Shown piece by piece: positions 12,361 to 24,000 of a stretch of 33,585 bases of DNA (the first letter of the stretch is position 1; the number at the start of each line of letters is the position of its first letter). A model generated the notes under the pieces. It was not told where the DNA came from. It did no database searches and saw only the letters and a list, made by a program, of their open reading frames with translations. A program made the translations under genes and the position numbers. The stretch comes from Guillardia theta CCMP2712 (lineage: Eukaryota; Protista; Cryptophyta), in assembly GCF_000315625.1 (NCBI RefSeq), contig NW_005434598.1:177052-210636 (forward strand), given 5' to 3'.

Positions 12361-14203
12361 TGTTCTTGTCGTTGGTGAGACTTGACAGAGTTGGCAGGAA
12401 GGAGGAAGGAGAAGTTCTTCTTGCCTGATTTCGGCTGCCAATCTCCTGCAGCAGCTCTTGGATGTGATCGTTTGTCATTCCCAGCTCCTGTCCAGCAGTC
12501 AAGCCAAGAGAAGGAACGAGGAGGAGGCAAGGGACAAGGGTCGGAAGGGATGGAAGAAGGGGAGGGAGAAGGAGGAGGGTAAAGCAGTTGCGGAGGAGGA
12601 AGCAGTGGTGGCAGTAGCTGAGGAGGAGGAGGAGGAGGAGGAGGAGGAGGAAGAGGAGGAGGAGGAGGAGGAGGAGGAGGAGGAGGAGGAGGAGGATACT
12701 TGCTCTGCTTCGTTGGCTTTCTCCTCATACTGAGAAGTTCAGAAACATCAGAAGAGAGAGAACAGTGGAGAGAAAGAAATCGAACTCACAGTCACACTCT
12801 GAGCAAGAGCTTCGAGCCTTCTCTGGAAGAAGATCATCGGCAAGAGACAAGAAGGAGAAAGTGAGTGAGTGAGTGAGTGAGTGAGTGAGTGAGTGAGTGA
12901 GTGATTGATTGATTGAGTGAGTGAGTGAGTGAGTGAGGAGAGGATGGAGGAGGCAGGCAAGGAGCAGGTGCTACACTAGATCAACAACAAACACGCGAAA
13001 GACGAGACAGATTCATCTCACACTTTGCTTTCTATCTCATCAATTGTCTTTCTTGTTGTCTTCACTCTCATCAATGTTCATCTCAAACCTGTTCGGAGTA
13101 GTTCAGGTCTCGCTCGAGCTTCAGATTCCTCTGCTTTAACTTGGCAAGCTTGTTTGGCATGAGAACCAACACAGAGATAGAAGAAATCGATACACCTCCT
13201 CATCCTTCTCTTTCATCTTTTGCTTTACTATATCGCTGTAAATGTTTATCAGCATTCGTCTTGTTGTTGCAACAAAATTTTGCAATAGAATTCGGACAAA
13301 ACAAAGAGCTACAACTCATCAGAGAACTAGCAATCACAGCAAACGCTCCTTATCGCAAACACACGTTTGACTCTACAAGAAGTCACCTGCAAACATTGGA
13401 GATGAAATTTTCTTCAGCTTGTCCATGGAGAAAGGAGATTATACTCTGCAAAATCGACAGATTGTTTGAGAAAAAGCATCATCATTCCACCAGCGTCTCA
13501 AATTTCTTACATCAACGTGTACTCCGCCGATCATATCTGAAAATAACATGAGAGGTTTGAAGGATGCCAACTGAAGCAATTACTTGCTAGCCAAAGGAAA
13601 AAGACGCCGATCTTTTCGAGCAGGAAACTTGCAACGGAGAAATTGCGGATCTGGTAACAACCATGAGATAAGATGGTAAGACGCTGAAGACTAGAAAAGC
13701 ACTGAGAGATGAACAAAAGCATAAAATCAATGCATTCTTCTTTGAACAATCAAAATTCTTTCTAAATTTTTCTTCCTTCTTCAATATTTTCTCCATTTCT
13801 CCATCCCTTGTCGTCTGTCTCCCCAACCTCCCCTCTTACACTTCTGTTCACCTTGATGCTTTTCCTCGCCTCCTTCTCAGCGACCTGAATCCCATGAAGT
13901 TCTGCTAGCTCTCTATGCATCTTGACATGCAGCTGTAAAGTGTCGCCATCACCCCCACCATCACCACAAGAAGACAACTACGTTGAAAGCTTCTGACGGG
14001 TCCGAACATTCAGACAGGAAAGGGATCGAACGAGGTAGTTTCCTTGACTGCTTCTTGTTCAGCCTCCGCCAAAACTTTACAGCACCGCTCACCGCCTCTG
14101 CAAAGAACTCCCGGTCCTTCTCGTCTGACTCGATTCCCCCGATCGCTCCCTGAGGCATTTAGTAAACAGATAGCTCCCTCATGCTCCTCCTCTGCTTCCT
14201 TCT

Positions 14204-14273
<70 letters not shown>

Positions 14274-16196
14274 TCTCTCCTGCTCTTTCTCTTCGTCCTC
14301 GTCCTCGACCATCCTTGCCCCAGTCCTCTTCGTTCTCCTTGCTCATATCCTGTTCCTCAAATTCCTCCTCCTCCCCCTCCCTTCCTNNNNNNNNNNNNNN
14401 NNNNNNNNNNNNNNNNNNNNNNNNNNNNNNNNNNNNNNNNNNNNNNNNNNNNNNNNNNNNNNNNNNNNNNNNNNNNNNNNNNNNNNTCTTCCTCCTCCTC
14501 CTCCTCCTCCTCCTCCTCCTCCTCCTCCTCCTCCTCCTCCTCTGACCTGCCAGCATTCAGCATGATGCGACGTAATGCTCAAACAAAGAGGTGTCCCTAC
14601 AACCAATTACAACGCATCATGATAATCTCAGACAAATGCTTTCAAACCAAGTTCAAATCTCCCGCTCTGCGTTAGAAAAATAACACGAGGAGGCTAAAAA
14701 AGATCATATCAAAAGTGAGCAAAATCTAACAACGTTGGACCTTCATTGGATAATCCCTGTCAAGTTGTATTCTGCCATGATATAACCCTCTTGCGAAAGG
14801 AGATTCTGCCAAACTCGTGAGAATTTACTCACATCCACCCTCCCTGCGCTTTCCTCCTCTCTTCCTCTCCTCCTTCTCTCCCCTCTTTCTCTCCTCCTCT
14901 CCTCTCTTTCTCTCCTCGTTCTCTCCTCTCCTCCTCGTCCTCGCTCCTTGTGCTCTTTAATCTCCTTTGCATCTCACCTGGCGCTCCAAGAAGAACAAAA
15001 TGCCAATCAAGAATATCATCTTCCATGGGCCTGAGAAAAATATCATTGTTTCCATCATCATCACATCGTTATTGTCATCCTCGTGTCATCATAATATCCA
15101 GCAGCAGCACCTGCACTGGTACCTGGACCTGGACCTGGACCTGGACCTGCACTCCATTCTCCTCCTCCTCCTCCTCCTCCTCCTCCTCCCCACCTACTGC
15201 TCGTCCTGCTCGTCCTACTCGTCATCTCTCCCTTCCAGTCCTGCTCCTTGCTCCTTGCTCCTCCTCTACATCGAGATCACAATGATCGCTTGTCTCACTT
15301 TGCACGGAAGAAATCAGGCGGGTCTTCTTGTAGCGCTGCAAGCTCGCTATGCACTCTTTTGATCGCAAGCGGACTCGGAGGACCTTGACTGCAACCAGGA
15401 CACGTCAGAGAAGACAAGAACACATCAAACAACATGTTCAGAGTCAACACCACGGGATAGAATGTCATAGAGTGTATATGAAGTACACAGTACGAGTTTG
15501 ATCGAAAGCGAAACATGAAGATAACAACATGCCAAGTTCACTTGATGAGTTTGAGTTCAAATGATGTTACAGCTCCTCTTGTCGCGTCGCACATCTCACC
15601 TGAACCCGTCATTCAGCTGGTCCAGACCTCCTCTAAGTCTCAGCGAGGAAGGTCTGTTCCTGTCCACTGATATCCTTCCACCGTATGCTAGCTCGACGCC
15701 CGAGATGCTGAGAGCAGCGAGAGGGAGTGAGGCAGAAGAGGAGAGGAGAGGAGAGGAGAGGAAAAAGAAGAAAGGGAGAAAGATGAGATGTGATGAGATG
15801 AGAGGAGAGGAGAGGAGAAAGAAGAAAGGGAGAAAGATGAGATGTGATGAGATGAGAGGAGAGGAACAAGAAGAAAGGGGAAAAGATGAGATGAGATGAG
15901 ATGAGAGGAGAGGAACAACCAGAAAAGGGAAAAGAGGAGAGGAGAGGGAAAAGAAGAAAGGGGAAAAGATGAGATGAGATGAGATGAGATGAGATGAGAT
16001 GAGAGGAGAGGAGAAGAACAACCAGAAAGGGGAAAAGAGGAGAGGAGAGGGAAAAGAAGAAAAGGGAAAAGAGGAGAGTAGTTCTCGTCAGAAAGATATT
16101 CGAATCTTGTCAATGAAAAATAAACCTCAAGGACCATATTTCCCCTGTACAACAGCAAAACATGACGACAAGGCTGAAGATCTTGACGGATTTCAT
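12361..16196 (-). CDS. Ubc6/UBE2J-family ubiquitin-conjugating enzyme with N-terminal leader and C-terminal hydrophobic plus coiled-coil extension; 3' end approximate
   Basis: Phase-consistent exons: MKSVKIFSLVVMFCCCTGEIWSL|SISG..SSLRLRGGLDQLNDGF|SQGPPSPLAIKRVHSELAALQEDPPDFFRA|KPMEDDILDWHFVLLGAP|ESPFARGLYHGRIQLDRDYPMK|PPRVIFLTQSGRFEL|GTPLCLSITSHHAECWQ (catalytic Cys)|gap|GAIGGIESDEKDREFFA...FFLWLA|NMIGGV...LKQRNLKLERDL|RRLEALAQ|YEEKANEAEQ|ELGMTNDHIQELL. Confidence 0.85.
12860..12936. repeat. (GAGT)n microsatellite, intronic
   Basis: GAGT run interrupted by GATT units. Confidence 0.9.
15721..16080. repeat. Composite purine-rich tandem repeat (GAGAG/GAGAT/GAAGAAAGGG units) in intron 1 of the E2 gene
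   Basis: Roughly 50-bp unit (...gaagaaagggagaaagatgagatgtgatgagatgagagg...) repeated with degeneration. Confidence 0.85.
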
Positions 16197-16757
16197 CTCT
16201 TTCTTGTTGTCTTCTCTCCAAGATTCACATTATCTCCATGTTCATCTTCACATCGTCGTCATAAACTATCCCTTGCCATCGCCCGTTTCCCACTGGTCTT
16301 CGAACACTGAAGTTCCTCCCCAATGTTCACACCACCACATGCACATTTCTTTATCTCTCTCCCTCCCCCCCCTCCTCTCTCTCTCTCTTCCTCACTCGGC
16401 CACTGTCACGCTCCCTCCCCTCCCTCCCCTCCCTCTTTCCCTTCTCCTCCCCTGCGGCCCCCACCTGCATTTTTCCCTGCCCGCTCCGGGAATTTGTTTT
16501 TCCGCTTTTTGGTAGGAACAGGAACACGGGGGAAGGGAAGAGAGGGGAGAGGAGCAAGAGGGAGGGAGAGAGGGAGAGCAAGGGGTGCATGTCAGGGGAA
16601 TGGAGGAGGCGATGGGAGAAGGGGACGAGAGTGGAGAGGGGAAGGGGTTGGGGACGGGAGAGGGGGAGAGGGGGGGGAAGGGGAGGGGAGGGGACGGGAA
16701 GGAGCAGAGATCTTGAGTCTTTATCAGGTTCAAACGATTATTCATGATGCATGCCGT

Positions 16758-18686
16758 TCAGTCAGCGACATAGCACGTAGAGGCACTTCGAACAATCTCC
16801 TCCGGTTCGCATGCACACATGCATATCCTGTAGATGAGGTCGAGGAGCGGGAAGCGACCAACAACCTGTTTGTCTCGTAGCATCTGCACACGGAAGGACA
16901 GCTCAACGCCGCTGCCCTTGTACAACCCTCCTCCTCTACCTTGTGCACATGCTCGATGGTCGACACTCCTTGTAGCTTCTGCCCTCCGAGCATGCTTGCT
17001 TCGAGCTGCTTCCAGTCTCGCGGTCCTCTCGCAAACTGTTCCGCGCACCTGGAAGGTGTCGTGAATGATTGGGATCTGCGCACGACACAATGATTACTTC
17101 CTGTTTCTCCCCCCGAAGCATGTCGTGATGAGGTCAGCAACGCCGCAAGATTCCAAGATAGTGTCTTTCTGACAGGTGTACCAAGGTTTTCAGAGATGTG
17201 GTAGAGAAGAAAGGAAGATGCTATTACCATCATCTCAGGGAAGAAAGTCTCCCCAAATCTCAACATCTCATGCATCCCAATGCGCATGATTGCCGCTTTT
17301 GTGTTTGTTCCATACCTGTTGTCACATGATTATGATGATGTTGACATGCACATCGGCGCACCCAAGTCCATCTACAAAACCTGCTCCCAGTGCTATGACA
17401 TTCTTCAGCGTTCCAAAAATCTCAACGCCCACAGGGTCAGGAATGAGCCTTAGCTGTAAATGTTTCAGAAACCAATACCAATACGCTGCTTGCAACAGTG
17501 ACATCGGAAGGACCTGAAAAGTCGGTTGCTCAAACAGCGTCTTGATGAGTTCCGCATTCCCCTTCGACCTGTATCCAATGGTTGCCTCACAGAAGTCTCC
17601 TGCATGTAACTTTAAGGCTCGTAAAGAACAATCTTACTCTTTGATCGCACCACGTGCAACCTCATCAGCAACGTTTGCTCCCATCAAGACAGAGATGTCA
17701 CATCCTTCCAGCCCATCTGAGATCTGACAACACGTTGAGTTCTTCACCCCTTTGTCTTCTCCGTACCTGCTGCGAGATTCGAACTAAATTGCCATCCTTG
17801 TCTGTTGGACGGTCAGTACAACACCGAGAAAAAACGGTGGAAGGAGAGGAAAATATTTGCGGCGAGTTGCGGAAAGAAAGGATACACGTGCATTACCTGT
17901 CGCCATTCCTTTGATCAACGATACTGCAATCGCGTTGGAGCTCCTTGCTTGTTGGATGGTGGGAAGAAGTCTGAACAATACGTCAGCAGGTCTAATCTTG
18001 ATCTGCAAGTTGTGCTGGTGACTTTGGAAGAAACTGGTGAGGGAGCGCGAAGACAAGGATCTGTGCATCAACATCAAATTTGCAAGCAGGTGTCGAGATC
18101 CATTTGACTGAGAACCCACAGTTGCTCCCGACGCTGCTTGTGCGAGATCTGGGACCGCGATCACATTGGATGGCAACTCGACACCTATTAGTAAACGATC
18201 ACGACACCACGGATTGACATTGCAAGAGCAAGACCTGGGAGGTATTTCACATTTTCATGCCGCGTATTTATGATCTCAGTAAGTTTCTGTCCGTCAACAA
18301 TCTCCTCGTACCTTTCTCGGCAAAATCATGCAACGAACCCCCGCCCTCAAAACTTACACCCACATCTTGACCGACCTGTCGAACCTGTCTCCAAGCCTCT
18401 CTGTGTTCTGCCCGATGATTCTTGCAACTGTACTGCCCCAGTTCCCAGACCCAACTACACACACACGCTCCACATCTGGTCTTTCGCCCACTCCACCCCT
18501 CAATCTTTCCCATCCATAAATCTGCCGCAACGTTCCCACATGCTCACGGATCAACCCACCAGCCAGCACTACCCGCCCTTGGACTGCAGCAACCTGAGAT
18601 AGGGGAAGATGGCCGGCATGAGAGCACACTTGAAGTAGCGACATGGCAAGCAGAGGTATTTGCAACCTTTGATGAGGAAGACGCAT
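16758..18686 (-). CDS. GPD1: NAD-dependent glycerol-3-phosphate dehydrogenase (eukaryotic GPD1 type) with N-terminal leader; alternative start 18881, possible extra last exon ending 16266
   Basis: [106 protein letters not shown]. Confidence 0.95.
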
Positions 18687-18885
18687 GGAGGATTGCCGAA
18701 AGAGGCGGCAGGCTGATCTGGATGCAACAGACGATGGAGACGATGCCGTTAGAGACGAGGATGATGATGATGATGAAGATGATGCCAATGATGATGATGA
18801 TGATGACGACGACGACGACGATGAGGGGCAGGATTGCGCGCCTGGCTGTCCCACAGCCATTTTGCTGGCCGTCTCAGGCATGATG

Positions 18886-18919
18886 CTTTACTCAAAGTTA
18901 AGTTAAAAATCAGTACGAG
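18886..18919 (-). promoter_or_regulatory. 34-bp element CTCGTACTGATTTTTAACTTAACTTTGAGTAAAG upstream of GPD1
   Basis: Reverse complement is identical over 34 nt to 1383-1416, in the same orientation relative to the downstream gene. Confidence 0.55.
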
Positions 18920-21018
18920 TTCATACATATAAAAGGGAGCCTGGCCCGCCTCCGATTTGGGGCTGCCAGACCCCGGGCCCGACTCCGGACCCGGCCGAGC
19001 GCTCCCGGGGATGGACCAGCGAACTAAAAAAACATCTCTCTCGGAATAGGCTTAACCAACATTACCACAAGTTTTACTCATCATCAGAGGACCGGTGGCA
19101 TTATCGCCACCCCCGGTTAGTAGTGACAGCTCGACTACCCCTCTATCCCCTTAAAGTAGAGCTCATACGTTACCGTTGGGGTAGGGGCTGTAGCACCAAC
19201 AAGTACAACAGGTGTATCCAATAAAACCCCTATCTCAGTACCCCACCTCTCTAGAGGTGTTTGCGGGAATCAGCAGGGTATTTACCTGGGTCTTTTTTGA
19301 CTACCCTACCCTTGAGTGATCTACAGGATCGCCGGGTGGTCAGGGTCACCATGCTGAGGTACGCAATCACCGGGTTCAATATTGACGGAGTCCTGAACGT
19401 CCTGTTTACTACACGCTCTGAAGAACACTAGGGGTACTGATGTCCAGAAAAGTGTGGGTAGGGGTGGTAATTGCTATCCCGCCCTCTTCGCAATAGTCCT
19501 CGGAATCGGCGAGCAACTCAGGCAGTTATGTCCGTTACATCTGTTTACTACACATCTTCACCTTTGAACATGTCCGTTGGTTGACCGTTTTAGATCGTTA
19601 CAAACCGTTCTTTCCTCTTCAACGGTTGCGAACGCTTCGCCCCCGTTTCGAAAGGAGGTTTTTTCGAGATATGGATAGAGATATACGACCTCCCTTCCTA
19701 CCCCACCCCCTTCCTCATCTGTACCCTACCAGAAGAGGTCTGGTCGCCTTGCAATCCGGCCTGCACCCCACCCTTGGGCTGAAAGGGGCTACAATTATCC
19801 AGTCAATCACTAACTTCAAAATGTGATTCAATTCCCAGTTATGTCAAACAAAGTTTGGAATTTGATACAAATATTTAATGTGTCAATTTCTGGTTGTCCA
19901 CCCAAATTTCCTGCACTTCCCGGACCCAACCCATCCCAGACCACCACCCCTCATTTGGACTTCCCACTGCCATGTACCCCTACGATCTTACCCTTAAGTC
20001 CTCTGACTCGCCGCAGCATGGACTGCTGTGCAATGGGGTATACCTTGAGAGTTTTATATTTCTCTTGAAGTAGAAAATGGTTATCATGATATCCTCTCCC
20101 TCCTACCATGATCTCCAAGATCAACTACCCCACCCCACAGCATCGTTTGTCTGGATCCTTCGGAGCTCTTTGCTGACTTTATGGACTTGGACTGGTACCC
20201 CACCCCTCAGATTGAGCGACGTTGGTATAACCCCACCCCCTGCCTCCATAATTTTCATGATTTAACACCCTACCTATCTTTTCCCATCCGTTTCCAGTAT
20301 AAACAACCAGTACTCAGGATCGCCGCCTACTAGTCACGATACCGGATTTCTGCCCAAGGACCACCCCTACCCCCATACGTTGGCACTCCGCATACTCCAC
20401 CCACCCCGCGGTCCCCTAATTGTAACTAAGCATAAGCCTAGCATGCTGCGAGGCTGCGACTGGTCGTTGGCCATGCTCTCCCCCCTTCCTGTAACTTGAT
20501 TGCGTTCCATCATGGTCGATCACTTGTTCCGATACTTCTCTTCTCCACTTCTATACCTTCCAGCATGTCAGATTCAGCTCGATCTCCAAGTTTTCATCAT
20601 ACGTAGTCACGAGAACTTGTAGTGATAGACTGAGCAAGTCACGAGCTCTGGAGCATGTTTCTGCCGTCATATCCATTGCTCGTGCTTGTACTTTTGCAAA
20701 CTGATTACCAAGTAATCGATTGTTCACAACCTCCCAATGCATGAACTCTGCTCCTTCGAGCTATTGTTTCTTGTTTCGTGTTCTTCGTAGACCATGACCT
20801 CATACCTTGTTCCAACCATGCTTCTCTGACCTGATTGCAGGCCCAGCCTTTGGACCACCAGCGATAAACACCTTTGTTGGGGTGCTTCAATTTGGTTGGG
20901 AACTATCATGCTCTATTGATTCAGGCACGCAAAACAAAAGGGTCAATTACTTATTGTTGGACTGCTGCCATACAACCTGGTGTTGTGCTATAAGGATTAC
21001 TTGTATTTAACAGCTGAT

Positions 21019-24000
21019 ATGTCGTCCATACTGTTTTTCCCAAGCACACATCTCTGTGCCTTTACATGCTTTCTCGTCATTTTATTGACCAGCTTCAGTT
21101 GTCCTTGTCGAGCCGACGTTACACCCAGGTCGGACATTTACGTTGGAGTGATGCTGGCAGAGGCCTTCGAGATCGATCGACACGTCAAGAATTTCATCGA
21201 GGCCCTTGTTCTTGATATCAATAATGACGACAAGTTGCTTCCCAATCATACCATTCGGCTGATGTTTGCCGACCTGACAGTTCTTCGAATGATCAACCCG
21301 CATCCAAGTGGAAGGAGGAGAGAACACTCTCAGAAAGTTGTTGAGATGCAGAAACAATCTATCCTGCGGTCTTTCTCGATTCCGAAGCAGCGAAGCTTGT
21401 CAAAGGAGCAAGGCTGCGCGGCGCGTCAGTCTGAGTTCCCTATTGCGATCCTTGGGCCCCGATCTAGCGCGGACATATCGGTGTATGACCAGGTGCAACT
21501 TGCAAACGAATCGATCTCGATCAGCTTCAGTGCTACTGCTTCCTCCTTGTCGACAAGTCCTTTCATCGCCCGTGTTGTTCCTTCCGATCACTTCCAAGGA
21601 AAGTGCCTGGTGGACGCGATGTTGAGTTTGAATGTGCAGAGTGTCGATATCATCCAGTGTAGAGACAGCTACTGCCAGGGGTTGGCCAAGGATTTCCTGC
21701 ATCATGCTCATCGCAAGATCAGGGCAATAGTGCATGAAAATTCCTTCAGAGACTATGAGGCAACAAAAGCTGCTCTGTCCCTCATCTCGAAACGCTGCGA
21801 GGGTTCGCGCGTGATCTTGCTCGCTATGCATGCGCAGCATGCTCAGGATATCTTGGATGCGGCAAGGGAGCTCAAGATAGTCGATGACTTCTTCTGGTTC
21901 GGCAGTGAGTCTGTCAGCACCCTTCCCATCGACGTCCTCCCTCGAGGATACATCGGCGTCCAGCTCAAGACGAGGATGAGGCGTCCCGAGCTGCTGGAGA
22001 AGGCGGAGAGGACATGGAAGTCCTTGGGAGGGGATACGTATCCTGGAAGGGAAGCTCTTCTTTCAGACGCAGTCTTCAGCTATGCCCATGATGCCGTGAT
22101 GTCTCTGTCGTTCGCCTTGGACGCGATGGCTCGGTCGAGCTCGCCCTTGGATGCTCAGAGTCTCAAGCGGGAGCTGCGCAACGTTGCCTTCGAGGGTATT
22201 TCACAGGCCATCTCCTTCGACTCGAACTTGGACCTGCGATCTGTCAAGTGAGCAACTGCTTTCTGTGAAGCTTCTTGTCCTCAAAGATGCATCTTCGTGA
22301 CTTGTATCTTGTGTTGCAAATCCGTTCTTGGCTCTTTCCTTTTTTCTTGCTCTTCTCTCTTCTCCTCCTTTCCTCCGCTCCGCTTCTCTTCCTCCATCTC
22401 GTCTACCCACATCATCCTGTTCCATTTTGCACTTGTTTGCTGGTCTTGCATCATTGACTCGGTCCAGCATCATTGACTTGGTGATTCAGGTATGACATAA
22501 TCGCAAAGCTTGATTTCGAAGGCATCCTTCAAATCGCCGAATGGGGAGAGAACAACCAGGATCCTTTGTTCATCAACAACTCTCAGATCTTGGAGAGCTT
22601 CTCCATCTTCTATGATCGGATCGTCAGCTCGAAGTCATACTCAACATGTCCTGTGCTGAACATCCGCAACATGGTTGCCTTGGTCCTGATCGCAGCAGGA
22701 GTGACCTTGTACTTGATCCGATCGCTGGTCATCTACAATGATGGTGCAGACTCTTACTGGAAGATCAAAGAGAGCGAACTGGAGTTTGATGACCCTGTCA
22801 AGATTCTAGGACAAGGGACATTTGGTGAGGTAATTCGAGCAGAGTACAGAGGGACGACCGTGGCGGTGAAAGGAGCTCTTCCCAAGAAGCTCAAAGACGA
22901 CGATTCTTCCCAGCACAGTGGACAGTCAGCATCATCCTCCTCCTCCGCCTGTGCCTCCAACTGCCCTCTCCCTCGCTTGCTGAGGAGAGACTCATCAATA
23001 TGGGAGAGAATCTCGTCCAGCTTGTTCCTCCACGTCTCGTCCTCGTCGCCCCTGGAGCCAGATCCGATCTCCTCCTCTCGACTGCGAGCTCAGTTCCTGC
23101 AGGAGATGAAAGTTCTTTCCAAGCTGCGCCATCCCTGCATCACGACGATCATGGGCGCTGTCATCGAGGACGGGAAGGAGCCGCGGCTGGTCACGGAGCT
23201 CATGAACTTCGGCTCCCTCAACGACTTTCTACACAACGATACTCTCCTCATCGAGCCAGAGATCATCCTCAACATTCTCATCGACGTCTCTCGAGGTGTT
23301 ACGTTCCTCCACTCCTCCCGCCCTCCCATTGTCCACGGAGACCTCAGGTCGCACAACGTGCTCGTGGACCACAACTTTCACGCCAAGGTCTCAGACTTTG
23401 GTCTCTCGCAGAAGCAGAAGCTCGGTTTCTGCTCCCCCCAGTGGCTCTCCCCCGAAGTGCTCCAGGGTCAGAAGAGGAGCACAGCCTCAGATGCGTACGC
23501 TTTCGGCATCCTGCTGTGCGAGGCGTACAGCAGGAGAGAGCCGTACGAGGGAGAGGACGTCACTGCTATCCTCCAGCAGGTGGCTGACACGAGCTTGCCC
23601 GTTCCGAAGCGCCCTCCTCATCCTGACGGGATGCCCAAGGAGGTCAAGGCGATCATGGAGGCATGCTGGGACAACTCGCCCGCTCTCCGTCCCCCCTTCT
23701 CCTCCATCTGCTCGCAGCTCAAGGCGCTTGACCTTAAGGACGAGTTTCTTAGTCCTATCCTTCGCTCTCGCCAGCGGGAGAAGTCCCTGAGGGAGGGAAT
23801 GGACCGCACCAACGACCTGCTCTACGACGTGCTTCCCCGGCACATCGCAGACGCTCTCAAGGAAGGCAAGAAGGTCGAGCCCGAGCACAGGGAGATCGTC
23901 ACCATCTTCTTCTCCGATATCGTCAACTTCACTCTCCTCAGCGCTTCCCTGCCTCCTGCCAAAGTCTCCGACATGCTCGACTCGCTCTACTCTCAGCTGG

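Noticed and set aside
18851-18870. ccacagccattttg resembling the dinoflagellate spliced leader
   Set aside because: Only about a 10-nt match, antisense to the gene and compatible with chance.
1383-18919. 34-bp inverted copies as terminal repeats of a 17.5-kb Polinton or giant transposon
   Set aside because: The interior holds ordinary intron-rich host genes, with no integrase, polymerase or capsid and no evident target-site duplication.
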